Source: Octopus bimaculoides
Lineage: Eukaryota
Assembly (NCBI RefSeq): GCF_001194135.2
Contig: NC_068991.1
Coordinates: forward strand, 6,619,561-6,683,560
Direction: 5' to 3'
DNA length: 64,000 nt
Both the position numbers and the translations under genes were made by a program. The notes under the pieces are model-generated. The model was not told the origin of the DNA, did not search any database, and saw only the letters and a list, made by a program, of their open reading frames with translations. Shown here piece after piece: positions 47,696 to 60,647 of this stretch; positions within the stretch are counted from its first letter, which is position 1; each line of letters starts with the position of its first letter.

Positions 47696-48128
47696 ACCAT
47701 TTTAACATTAGCTGAAGCAATATTTTGAAACTAGAGTGTTATAGGATGAGTAACCCTAGAAGTATATTTTTGCCACGAAAGCGAATATCAGGAACTATGG
47801 CATACTACCAAAGTAAATTAACTTTTATCATATCTTGGTCTTATACAAAATAAGTCCAAAAAACAAAAACAAAAAAAAAACACGATTGCCTTCTATTAAA
47901 TAAAACAAACTTCTCATTTGTATATTTGCAATTAATAGATGTTATTTTTCAATAAGAACTAATGTCATTTTCACAAAGTTATCATTGCCTGCCATCAAGT
48001 TTGTATGTGCACTCACACTGCACCTTTTATATTAACTATTCCCTGTTTTACTTCCACTCCTCTTTATATGATGTAGAACATGACTGAAGCATCCACCAAC
48101 CACCCAACCAACCAACATTTATATCAGC

Positions 48129-48162
<34 letters not shown>

Positions 48163-48700
48163 TAGTGAGAGAGCAGTGCATGCCATCAAAGTGACTCTGG
48201 TAAAATATATGAAACCCAGTATAACCATCACGACTACCTTTCTAATAAGGGTACACCAGGCACATGCATCACAACCATATGTGTTGTGACATGGTAATTT
48301 CATATCAAGACAAACAGCGCATGACCTTGCAGGTGGGGGCTCAGAGTTTCCCTTCAGGTCGAGTAGCCCATCCCACTCAAATGGTCCCTGAATAATGGTC
48401 GTTTAAGGATGTTGAACAAAACACCCATATTTCTGGAGGTGAATTATTCAAACACATGGCTATGATGCTCCCCCACTACTTCTGCTAGTGATCAGAGATG
48501 CACATATCGTCAGCCATCAAGGGACATGCTCAACTGGTTAAGGTCAAACAACTGACACGCAAATCTGTGGTACTGAGCAGAATATTTACTGTAGCCCATA
48601 CCAAAACAAAACAATGTACATAATAGCACTTCCAATCAGTTCAGATGAGAAGCCATGAGACCCACTGCCTGGTACTGCATCAGGGCATTTATTACTATTA
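48129..48700. mobile_element. About 550-bp interspersed repeat bounded by (TAT)n tracts
   Basis: Higher-GC block with simple-repeat ends; resembles a repeat I recall from octopus genomes; family not assigned. Confidence 0.5.
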
Positions 48701-49034
48701 TTATCATTATCATGGTAGCACTGCTTCCGTTTTCACGAGAGGCTTATAAAAAATATCTTTTTTATTAAATTGCTTCCTTCTCATGGTCAGGTTCATAATC
48801 CAGTTCATGTAGCATGCACATAACTTCTATTAATGTAATTTACATAAATCTATTTCTTTGGCGATTTTAGGGAAGAGTCATTAAGATATAAAATTTAGCT
48901 AAATTCTTATCCTATCACACAAAAGAAAATATTTGTAAATCACTTATTTAAAGTAGCTCACAGCATAGAAGTTACTCTAAGAAGAAGGCTAAAACTAACA
49001 TTTAAAAGAATGAAACAGATTTTCACCTCAAAAG

Positions 49035-49300
49035 ACAGACCAGTAAATTTGGACAATGTACAGAGCAACAGAAAGGAAGATAGACGCCTCAAAAATGGGG
49101 GACGACAAATGCTTGTGATACTACAAAAGCTGAGAGTCCAAAGACTCCTATTGTCAAGAATCAAGTCCATAAAGATATGTTTTAGACATGCAATGCACTA
49201 ATAGTCATTGCCCAAGACCATCCTGACAGGAACTGTTGACGGGGAAGACTGCAAGCGACTGTCAAAGATGTTTGTGGACTGATGACATCAAAGAAATGGA
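49035..49300 (+). mobile_element. RTE-type LINE ORF2 C-terminal relic
   Basis: Frameshifted pieces WTMYRATERKIDA, RLLLSRIKSIK, KTILTGTVDG, WTDDIKE. Confidence 0.7.
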
Positions 49301-50350
49301 TTAGAAACAAAAGCCCGGCTGACTGTATGCATACAGCATAACAGAGAGGGAACTGGGTGTTGATAAGCTGACCCCCTGGCTGATGATGAATTTCAAGCAA
49401 TGCATTCGTCAAAGAGTAGTTCCTCGTTTATACAGTTTGCATAAATCTCAGATTTAGTTACCATTCCTCAGATACTAAGGTAATATTTCAGTCTCATAAA
49501 ATCACTCAATGAAAGCATTTTTGAGAATTTATTAATTTAGTAAAACTCAAATCCTTTCCTCCTTGGCTTGCGGAACATCTCATAAATGAAAACAAAAACA
49601 CAAATGAATCAGTAATCTGTTGCCCTACCTCTTCTCAGTAATAGATTCTGATGAGTAAATAGTCACTTGTATGAATAAGTAATACAAGTGTGCTTTAGAA
49701 TGGGTTATTAAGAAAAAAGTGTGTCACTTATCGTGACTGACTCCTTTTTCAAAACAGGCAGCATTAAACAGATGACTCAAAAAATAAAAGTGAAAAGAAA
49801 AAAAGTTCTATTAAGCTTTTCTGAATTAGAAATATGTTAATATTTTTATTATTGAAATGGCACAGCAATTTTCCAAAGTGTCTACATTCCAAGAATTAAA
49901 CATTCATTCAAGACAATTCAAGACAAATCTAAACTATCTTCTGCCTGATGCTATCTTGCAACAAATCCTGCATTATCAGTGAATATCAAATGTCATGCGT
50001 GAGATAGTCATTATTAATCTCCAAACTCTCACATACTGATGACAAATTTTCTTTCCTTTTTTTTTTTTTTTGAAAATTCTTTTGTATTTGAAAATCAAGA
50101 TATTAATCCTTTTAGAAAAGTTGAGAAAAGAAAGAAGACAAATGCTTTGAACTTATCCAATTTCAATTCAAGTGTTTCTTTATTTTTTACATTGCTTGAC
50201 ATGGAACTTTTAAAGATGTTTAATTAAACTATAGTAACCCAGAAACATTTAGCATTTGCTCCTTATTTTTTTTATTTTTTTTTCAGTCATTTACGTCTTT
50301 GCTATATTTTTTTTTAAATAAGTGCAAAATAAAATCCAGAACTTTCAAGA

Positions 50351-50546
50351 TACCATATTTGATGGCATAAAAGATGCCCAGGCATATTAGATGCACCCAA
50401 ATTTCAGGAGCGCATGTTCAGGAAAAATAACTTGTTAATGCATTAAAGCATGTAATACAGGCCCAACTTCACAAAGGATTCAGGTAATTTTTAAAGACTT
50501 CTTGTTTTTAATGCAGAGTGCATTTTATATGCCATGAAATAAAGTA
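50351..50546. mobile_element. Tc1/mariner (pogo-like) MITE
   Basis: About 27-bp imperfect TIRs taccatatttgatggcataaaagatgc / gcattttatatgccatgaaataaagta, with TA at both ends. Confidence 0.7.
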
Positions 50547-52707
50547 CTTTATTTGCTCACATATTTTCCTATTTTCGTTTAAAAAGAAAAAATTGACAGT
50601 AACACCTGGCTGTGTTTTCTTATTGTTCAACAGATTATAGCTAAAAAATATTAACAGATCCAGCCTTGTTTTCAACTATTTCACTTTGTTCTCTAATCAA
50701 AAGAGAGAAACCTGAAAAGTAAATCTAAGGAACTCCTTTATAAATTACCAAAATTTTACAAAATAGAATTTGTTACACTAAGGATAACCTAACATACGAG
50801 CTTTAGTATAACTGGAATACCAAAGTCTCAGACAGAAAAGTATTTCCATAAAATTTACAAAATTTTAAACATAAAAAGCACAAATATATTGTTTCTTTCT
50901 ATGGTAATAATTCTTGCACACTCCACACTTGCGACATTAGGATTCAAAGTCAAGGTAAAAATCTTCTGGATTGTGTTGGCACATTAGGGATATCCTTTGA
51001 CCAATTAAACTAATTCATTCAACACCTTATCTATTTACACTAAAAACATAATCAATCCAGCATATTTACATCAACCATTGAAACTACATAGAGTGCTCAA
51101 TATTTCTTGTATAGATTAAAGAACATTCTAATCTACAAGGGCTGATATATATATATATTTTAAATCATTGATAATGTGATGCAGTAAGACTGGGATTAGA
51201 AACTAAGAAACAAGGAACCAAATTCAGACCGTAGTCCAGTTACTAACATTTAGATCAACTGCATACTTACAAACACACAATACATAAAGTGAGAATTTTC
51301 ATTATTAAAAGACTGTGAATCAAAAAATAATTATCAACAGCACATTTTAACATATTCCTTTTTTTTTCTTCATAACACCCTTCAGCTGCCCGTCATTTTA
51401 TGTAGAATACAACATATACTTCAAATCATGCCCCTCACAATATTTACTCGGTTGTGACCAGCCCTAATCTCTCCAGAAACAAACAACAACAACGAAAAAA
51501 AAAACCTACACAAGATTTAAAAAGGAAACTAGTGGACAGAAAGGAGATTATGGTAGAAAGAGACAGGATGCAAGTGCCAAAATATACTATGATCAATCTA
51601 TTTACGAAAAAAGTTAATCGCTTTTCCAGTGTAATTACATTAATCTGTGTAATCAATACTGAAGATCACTACAATACTATCTCATCAATCATCATCATCA
51701 TCATAAGTGCTAAGACAGTTACTGTTCGTGATGAGTAAAACTAGAGAAAGCAGAGAGGAGCAATTTATTTTTTTGATTCAAACGAGTAGCCTGTGTAAAA
51801 TAAGTGACGAAAGTGTGTTGCGGAATTATAGTTACAGCAATGGAGTGAACTGAATGTGATGTATTGGTCATGCAATATATGAAAGACAAGGTGCAAATTA
51901 ACTGAAGAAAAATAAAGCTAGGCATCATAAGGATGCATATGTAGTGAATATACAATGTATATACATAAATATGAGAAAGAATAGATGGCAGTAGAGACAG
52001 GAGTAGATAAAAAACTCAAGGTATAAAATATATCAGGCTTTAAAATCAAATGAAATAAGGAATATTCAGAGACCTGAAAATATCTTTTTGTATGTGTCTA
52101 CACCCATGACAAATGAAATTTTTCTTTTTTTCCTCAATGAACAAAAGCTGGATAGTTCTGCCAATTTAGATCTTTACTTAGATTGCCAGAGGAGATCAAT
52201 TAGCATGTAGTGCTACGATACCTATTTCCAGGTAGAATTATTTGGCTAGAGGTATAAGATAATGGACAGAAGCCCAATCATTCAAACCATTTCTAATCTA
52301 TGAAGTCTCTGACACTAGAAAATCCATAAAAAAAAAAGCAATCACAATATCACAAATGCAAAGAGCAATATGTGATACCCACAAGGTCTGGGGTCTTATA
52401 TTTGGCTACCTTCTTTTATTATAAAATCTTTCTCCCAGAAATACATTTATTCATTTTATTAATTCCTTTCTTTAAGCTTTAAAATATAATCAAATTCCTC
52501 AACATAGGTTAACATGTACACCAAAATATTTATTTTTCAGCATTTCAATCTTTGGTAATAGCACTGTCAAAACAAAAATTTCTCTGAAAATAATCCGATG
52601 CTCAAAAATAATTTTTAACTGTCTCTAAACCATAAAAATGACTGAAACTCATGTCAGAGCCAACTATCTTAAAATAAGTGATATGAGACTGAAGCAGTTT
52701 TACTTAC

Positions 52708-52859
52708 CAGGCGCTCACCAGATAGGACTTCTAGCAATTTTATCAACATCTTCCCATCTCGTAAATCCAAATACAAGTCACTTATGCGACAGCCAACCCG
52801 GGCAAGGTGTGAATTAACCCATTTTGTAAAGGTCTTTTTTTGCACTGCCTCTCTCTCAT
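52708..52859 (-). CDS. beta-Spec: Exon 2, CH1: [19 protein letters not shown]...LEVLSGERL
   Basis: 152 nt, AG acceptor, GTAAG donor, phase 1 to 0. Confidence 0.97.
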
Positions 52860-53214
52860 CTAAAACGGAAAATAAATTTGCACCATTAATATAATTTTAA
52901 CAAACACGGTTTTGCAGTTAGCTTTCATGTTTTTTATTTTTGACCAAATTATTTTTACTAAGTAACACAAGGACAACATAAAGAAATGATAAAGATAGGT
53001 AGAGACCACAATAATGAAAAGGATGATCAAGTCTAGTGAAACCTAAGATTACTATTACTATGGTGGTACGCTATTAATTAGCAGGTAAAAACAGCTAAAC
53101 TTCAACATCACAGATGATCTCACCAATTGACATGTATATAAATACACACTTCCACTCCCACACACATTGTATGTGTGTGTGTGTGTATATATATTTAAAA
53201 AAAATAATTGCAGT

Positions 53215-53460
53215 CATGGCAGGTACTGGTGTCATGCTGGTGGCACTTAAACGCACCCCAGTGTCACACAAATGGCACCCATGCAGTGGCACATATAAGC
53301 ACCCATTACATTCTTGGAGTGGTTGGCATTAGGAAGGGCATCTAGCTGTAGAAAACTATGCCAAATCAGACTGGAGTCTGATGCAGCCTTCCAGCTTACC
53401 AGACCCAGTCAAACCGTCCAACCTCTGTCAGCATGGACAAGACATTAAATGACGATAATA
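53215..53460 (+). mobile_element. Family B near full-length copy
   Basis: ggagtggttggcattaggaagggcatc...gtcaaaccgtccaacc...ttaaatgacg. Confidence 0.8.
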
Positions 53461-54949
53461 TATAAATACACACATGCACACACACACACATTATATATAT
53501 ATATATATACACACATATACATGTATATTAGATGTGTCATTTCTGTGCTTGACTGAACTCTAAACAATAACATCCACTCTAAACTAATACAATCTTCCAA
53601 CAATAACTTTCCACCCATACCCTACAAACATACTTTCCCACCTGTCCTCTTCATTCCCCCTTCCTACCCATCTACTTCCCAGACCTAAATCCACTAAACC
53701 TAGTTGTTCTTTCACACAGCGCGACCTACTCCAGAAAAACAACTTGTCAAACACAAAAGGAACCCTAGTATAGTCTGACAAAGACTAGCAGACCAAAACT
53801 GAAGTCTCACTCAGACAAGTTTCATGTTTATGAAACTTGTGTGAGTAGAGGGGTGAGTGAGACTTCTGTTGATTTGCTGTACTTTAAGTGAAATTGTGGC
53901 CAGTGCTGGTGACATACAAAAGGCACCTGTACCTTGGTGATGGTGAGGTTGATGATGAACACCACTAAAAAATGAATAATTCTTTGGTTTATTGCTTAAA
54001 TTATTCTTATATATAATTCAGCATTAATACACACACATATCCCCACAAACATGTGTATGTAGATATATATATATATATATCCACCAACGTGTATACATAT
54101 ACAGGTGTTCTTTATTCTTTTACATGTTTCAGCCCCAAGGCTGTGGCTATGCAAGAGCATACCTGTGTATGTGTGTGTGTGTGACACACACACACACACA
54201 AATATATGCACATAAGTATATGCATTTATAGGTATATGTAAATGTCTCTGTTTGTGTGTATAAATACAGAAATACACACAAAACAGAAACATACACTCAT
54301 AGACGTATATACATACACACAGATACTTCTTTTGGTGATAGCACAATGCACTCACTGATGTAGAGTTTGGCTCACTTGCAGGATATGTAAACATTTCGTT
54401 ACAGGTATCCCATGTGATAGGTACATGCATGTATGCCTTTTCTTGCTCATCCTGATGCATCTATCCTGTACATCTCTGAACATCCTTATAACCAATAGTA
54501 CAACTACTAAATTAGGCAGTAAGTAGCCATGTCTCATCACATCTGATGGGTTGAAGTCGTTCGTCTCCAAAGTAGTCTTTGAACCATGTCTCTTCTCCTC
54601 CAGACAAGAGTCGACCATATTAACCATAGAGTAATTTGGCTATAAAGGATCCAAGATTCATATGTCTGAATTTATTTTCGAGCTAGTGCCGGTTTTGTGT
54701 GGATTTTAAGGCTGCTGGTGTTCTTTAAAACACTTCCTGGGTCTTAATGTCACCAGTAAATACTCAATAACTCTTATCCATTCTACCCAGGAGAAGGATG
54801 TTGATACAGATGCTGAGATTAAACTATCAAATGTGAAGTCATTAGCAATGATTCTGCTACCTTGGAATATGATTTTGATAAGTTACTTGGCAACCTCACT
54901 TGCGGCAGAATCACAAAAAAAAAAAAAAAAAAAAAAAAAATCCAGCAGA

Positions 54950-55100
54950 CAGTATAAAGTGTTTGGTGTTAGGAATGTCATCCAAATGTAGAAACCATAC
55001 CAAAGCTGACATTGGAGTCTGATGCAGCCTAGGAGTTTGCCAGATCCTGTAAAACTGACCAACCCATGTCAAGATGGAAAATGGATGGTAATGATGATGA
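54950..55100 (+). mobile_element. Family B copy
   Basis: ggtgttaggaatgtcatcc...aacccatg...gatgatgat. Confidence 0.7.
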
Positions 55101-55274
55101 TACTTGGTTGATATACTGAGAGGAGGGACCAGTATGAACTATCAAGGTACAAGCACCAATATATTGTAGATTTTGGCTGTTCAGCTCTGAGCTTGGTTTT
55201 ATAGCCTTCTGATGTTAAAAAAAGGTCCCTGTTGAATTATTACTGAATTGTGACTCTTGCCTACTTTTCCATCA

Positions 55275-55810
55275 GATGAAAATAATAAAAAATACAGGAG
55301 CCAGCACACAACCTTGCCTAACTACAGTTTTCACATACAAGATTTCATCCTCAAAAAAAAAATTCAAGCCATCATCGCTGTGTCGAATGATTGTACATGT
55401 GACCAAATTTTGAACAGATGAACAGGCAATAATGCTGAACCCTGCATTTCTTCTGAAACTGGCTTGCAATTAAGATTCCTCTCTCCCCATGGAAGCAGCT
55501 TTCTGACCTTGAGGTGATGCTTGGTATTGATTGGAGCAGTGATTTTGAGTTTGACCATGACCAGAACCTCATGAGCAATAGACAAGAGTGTCGTACTTCC
55601 ACTGTTAGTACAAATGGATTTGTTTCCCTTGTGTTTTGTATATGATGATGATGATGTCTGCATCCTTCCAATGTCAAGGCATATACTCCTGCTATCAAAC
55701 CTTCATTATGTAGCAAGGTAGTACTCCAATGCAGTAGAGCTGCCTTCAAGGTGTCCGCTAGAATGCAATATGGTCCAGATTTCCTGATTGTTAGTGTCCT
55801 TAAGGCTACA
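55275..55810 (-). mobile_element. Decayed RTE-type LINE ORF2 (reverse transcriptase region)
   Basis: Colinear frameshifted motifs EVNVALRTL..RKSGP, KGNKSICTN...LLSIA, SESCFHGER, VKTVVRQGCVLAPVFFIIF. Confidence 0.8.
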
Positions 55811-56348
55811 TTAACTTCTATATATTTTTCATAGACATACACACACACACACACAGAGGGAAGAAATTGAAAACAGAAACTTCTGTGAGAATAAGATAGC
55901 TGTAAAAAAAAACCTGCCCATAGAAAACAATATTTTTTTTTTGCATAATTGCTTGTTTAACATGTTTATTACAATAAAAAAATGGATTTTCTTAAAATAT
56001 ATCATTTTTTGCACATCCTCACAGGTTATATTGATACCTAATAACAGGAAAAGTTTACATAGGGACCTTTCATCTAAATATAATAGACTGAGAAAACTTG
56101 CTTTTTTTAAATTTGTTCGTCACATGACGTAATTTGATGAATCACTGCAATTCCAGACGGAATTTGTGATAAGCAAGAATTGGAATTCATTCCATGTCGT
56201 TAAATACTAAAATAGCAGCAAGGTGCAGACGATCTAAATATGGATCTTGAGAGCATTAAAACCATTTGCTGGAATCAAACGCGCAACACATACACACACA
56301 CACATATATACCTAATTAACAGAAAAATAAAAAATAAAAACAACTTAC

Positions 56349-56484
56349 CTGCTAGAGCTTTGATCCTCGATCGCTCAAACAGCTTGGAAGAATTACTTCC
56401 GCTATCGAAACCTTCTTCCACCATTTGGGGGGCCTGCCCAGGTTCCCAATGGACCCCCGTGTGGATCTGCGCTACCTCCGTCAT
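56349..56484 (-). CDS. beta-Spec: Exon 1 (first coding): MTEVAQIHTGVHWEPGQAPQMVEEGFDSGSNSSKLFERSRIKALA, ends phase 1
   Basis: ATG at 56484 preceded by in-frame TGA TAA; donor G|GTAAG; upstream acceptor ttttag at 56500-56501. Confidence 0.93.
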
Positions 56485-57344
56485 GACACTTTATCAACTC
56501 TAAAAGCAGAGAGAGAGAGAAAGAAGAAAATCTTAAAATTGCAATCTAAAATCAAAATCAATAAGATTAGGCATAGATCAAAAGGTAAAGTCACTTGAAA
56601 GCATGACAAAGACACAAAGGTAAATTCAACCTCTGAGATTGTCAGTCTTTATGATAAAAACAAAAGGTTAATAAGATAGGTTACAACCTATTAGTTTGAC
56701 ATATCACTATCAAATAGTAGATAACACAAACCTACCACTATTATCTACAGTTTTAAATAAGGTATTTGGTAATATTCCAGTTGAAAATATACTTAAAAAT
56801 GCATCAAAGGACAGCTACCTAAGATTCACATAAAACACCAGGTAAGAACAATTTAGATGAAAAGTTATGAATTAAACAGAAATCACAGATGTAACTCCTT
56901 CAGCCTCATATTGAAATCCTAAAAACTTCCAATCTCCTTATGTCTAAGGTCAAATGAAATTCTCCACAATATAATTGTTCAGAAATTTATCATCTGAAAT
57001 GGTATGTGTTAGAATCTGCTTCTTCTAAAGATGCTGCCTTCTATTTCCAGAATCAAGAAGTACATTGACTAGCCTTAAATTCATCTCCAAAGCTTTTTTT
57101 TTTAAGCAAAAAATGGTGTAGAAAAATAGGTTTTGCATGTTTACATCTATTTAGTAAGGTGCTTCATGTAATTACAAACAGTTTGTATTTGAAATATGAA
57201 TATTCCAGTGAAGAATGATCAGATTACAAAACCAATTCCACTAAGAAGAGAGAAATTTTAGAAATCCAAATTAATGAATTTCATTTGAAATCTTTTTTAT
57301 TTTCAATTATTTCATTTCTTTTTTATTCATTAATGTAATTCAAC

Positions 57345-57715
57345 AGGTACAGACATGGATAGTTGTGGCTCAGAAGTTCACTTTGCAACCACAGGGTTTC
57401 ACGTTCTGTCTTAGTGTGTGGCACCTTGGGGGGCGGGGGCCCAAGTGCCTTTTACTATAGCTCCAGGTCGACCAATACCTTGTGAGTGATTTTGACAGAC
57501 AGAAACTGTATGGAAGTCCGTCACTTATACATACATGTATGTGTGTATCTTTGTATTTGTTTGCTCATCTTGTAATGTAGCATTAGCTAAAGAGAATAGG
57601 TACCAAAATTTAATAAGAAAAAAATAGTAAACAAGTACTGGGGTTGATTTGTCTGACTAAAACCCTTCAAGGCATTGTCCTAGTATGGGTGCTGCCCAAT
57701 GCCAGACCAAGATAA
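57345..57715 (+). mobile_element. Family A degraded full-length copy
   Basis: Head, tactatagc...ccttgtgagtg core and aagtactggggttgatt tail. Confidence 0.7.
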
Positions 57716-59984
57716 ACCAACTGTTGTGAGTAACTATATCAAGTTTCAACACATAAAACAAGATTTCATGCTGTTTCTAAGTAACATCAATCAGAAAACT
57801 TGCCTTAATCTGTTGCATGCAAAGTGAGTTTCTGTATAAACTGTGAAGAGTTAAGCTTTAATTTGTTAGTTAACAATGGGCAGGCCTTATACATATGACA
57901 ATCTTGAGTTAACCCTAAATACTGACAGTGACACTACATGCCCAAACCAGTAGCTATTACACACTGGTTAATGTTTGATGCCTGTTAACAGACTAGAAAG
58001 TTATATTTCATATCCTCTTGGCCCCAATCAGCCCGATCCCCCACCCTATTTACTAAAAAAACTTCCATACTTATAATCCATAAACTTGATATTACAAAGC
58101 TTACTTTTTGCTCAGACAAACAAGCTTTTTGTTTCCAAAAGAAGATATTCAGTCTGATTATAACAGCATCGATCATACAACTTAAATAACAGAATTTGCC
58201 TATGACTGCTAGCAAGTTATTTGAGAAGTTCACAACTATCAGCCCAAGGCTATGGTTAATAACTGTTTCAGCACAGATTATTTGAAAATGTAATTTGCTA
58301 TTAGGGTACTAGAACTCACACAAACATTAGTGTGCCCGGTTAATGCTGGTTACATAACGCTTGAGTTTCTGCCAACTCTTGTCTAGTCACACAAGGATAT
58401 TTCTTCGATGCAGAGTTCCTGTTTCCTGGGTCATTGCCAAATCAACCTTTTGTCTCTCACTGAATATATTAAGGTCCCAACTTAAGTATATAGTTATTTC
58501 TAATATGTATAGAACTTGATTGATTTATCTGCTATTGACACAGCTGCAACTAGTTCTCACAAATAGTTTTTAATAAATTTGTCAGTGTTCCTATATTAGC
58601 ATAAAACAGATGAATTCTTATATTTGAATGAATTTCTAGAGCCATTAGCACTACCGTTTGTCTCTGTCACCAACAATCTATCAGGAGTTAAAATGATATC
58701 AGCTATACAGTAGCAAAGATCAAATTATTGCGTAGTTAGTCAGCTTTCAACCTTTATAGATAGCACACACCAACATTTAACAGCTACCTTATGACTAAGT
58801 TCTTAAGTAGAACTGATTAAAGATACCCAGTGACTACTTTCCAATAGGTCAGAACTGAATCAAATAAGATACGCTGCTAGTTTCTTTAACACCCCTTTGT
58901 TGTCTCACATATCTTTTACAATAAAGTATGAACTGAAGAGAAAACTGTACACAAATCAATCTTAATTATTGATAAATATGTTTTGGAAAATTATGTGCAT
59001 TAAATGTTATATATTACAAGCTACATTGATCTAATAAAGCTGCTGCAATACACCAGATGTAGCTATATGATAATTGGTGGCATTGATTGCAGTTAAATTT
59101 GTTCTGAATAGTCAGTCACGAAGCCTATTTTGGTAGTGAACGCGTATGGCTTATTGAATCAAAACCTTCTGTCTGGTTTATTTGATCCTGGAGAGATCTG
59201 AATTTGCAGCAATAAGACATTGAAATGCTCAGCTACAAAATGTAGTCTTTGGTATTCTATTCTCCTGAAGAAACTAATTCTGATGACTTCGAAAAAAGTT
59301 GCTATGGATACCTCCAGTATTGCAAAAAGAAAAATAAGTGCTAACATTCTTAATAAAGCAAACTAAAAAAAAAAAAAGTTTTGAATTTTTTGAAAATATT
59401 CTGCTAATGAGAAGAATAATCAATCATTGGTATTAATGACAATTCTGGTCAAGAAAAGCTAGACAGAGAGCTCAGAAATTTTAATAGATCAAAATGGCTT
59501 TCATTTTACAGTGCTTTTGCAAATAAAATATGCTGAACCAATTATCATTTGACAATTAATTTCACTCAAATTATGGCTTTCATTAAAGACTGCTTTTAAT
59601 TTTGAAAAATTTGTTCAGTAGAGTTGAATTATTACTAAAAATATCACTAGATTTAGACTGATGTCTACAATTCTGCTTTCTGAAGACATTTAAATTTTAC
59701 TTGCTTTCTGTTCTTACTTTTTTTTTTCTTTCCATATAATTATCTGAAACTAACCACAAATTCTGATTGTCTACAGGAATTTTCATTTGCAAATAATCTG
59801 GAAGACATTTGAAGAACTGACCAAATAAAGAGTTCAGTGAAGAATACATGCAACTTGATGCATAGCCCTCAAGAACCTCCAAGTACTGAGACATAATTGT
59901 TTGATAAAGAGCCACAAAGTCAAGTTGGATAAATTAGTTATAAATCAAAGCACAATGCCAACAAGTTTTAGGGGCTTAGTCAAT

Positions 59985-60140
59985 TATATAAACCCAGTAC
60001 TTAACTGTTACTTTATTTTATTGACCACAAAAGGAAGAAAGCAAACTTGACCTCAATAGGATTCGAACTTGGAATGCAAAGAGCTGCAAGAAATGCCGCT
60101 AAGCACTTTATCCAATGTGCTGATGATTCTGTCAACTTAC
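59985..60140 (-). mobile_element. Family C degraded copy
   Basis: cccagtact...ttgacc...aaaggaagaaagcaaacttgacc...ttcgaact...ctaagcact. Confidence 0.6.
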
Positions 60141-60609
60141 TACAAACATTCAGAAGAGACTGTTGAAGACTTAAGTGGAAAAAAAGTTCCTTGCCAACAA
60201 TGGTCAAGCAAGGGGGCAATCAGTCCTAAGAAGCAGGCAAAAGCTTCCACAAAAAATATGATGCACCCATCAGACAAATATAAGAAATAATTTATGATGG
60301 AATCAATGTGATACCACAAGAGGGTAGAACCAGAGATTTGTAGTCATAATAGCTTAAGTGCTGTCAGGTTAAACTGGTGATAAATGTACAGAAGAGTCAA
60401 CATAGCAATGAAATACATGTACTGGATTCACAATAAGAATTCAAAATAGACTGTTCATAGCATTTAAGGTGAGAATTTTGAGAGAAAAAACATAGCAGAA
60501 AGACTCAATTTTAATATGTGATGAGGATGAAGTGATAAATTGTGGGTTATCGGATCAGATCAAGACAATATGGAATAAAGTATTACTGAAGCTCATTTAA
60601 TAAAAAAGG

Positions 60610-60613
<4 letters not shown>

Positions 60614-60644
<31 letters not shown>
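60614..60644. repeat. (TA)n microsatellite
   Basis: Direct inspection. Confidence 0.9.

Positions 60645-60647
<3 letters not shown>

Noticed and set aside
56100-56240. Cluster of CRE/AP-1/GATA-like motifs in intron 1
   Set aside because: Short motifs of this kind occur by chance; not supportable without chromatin or conservation data.
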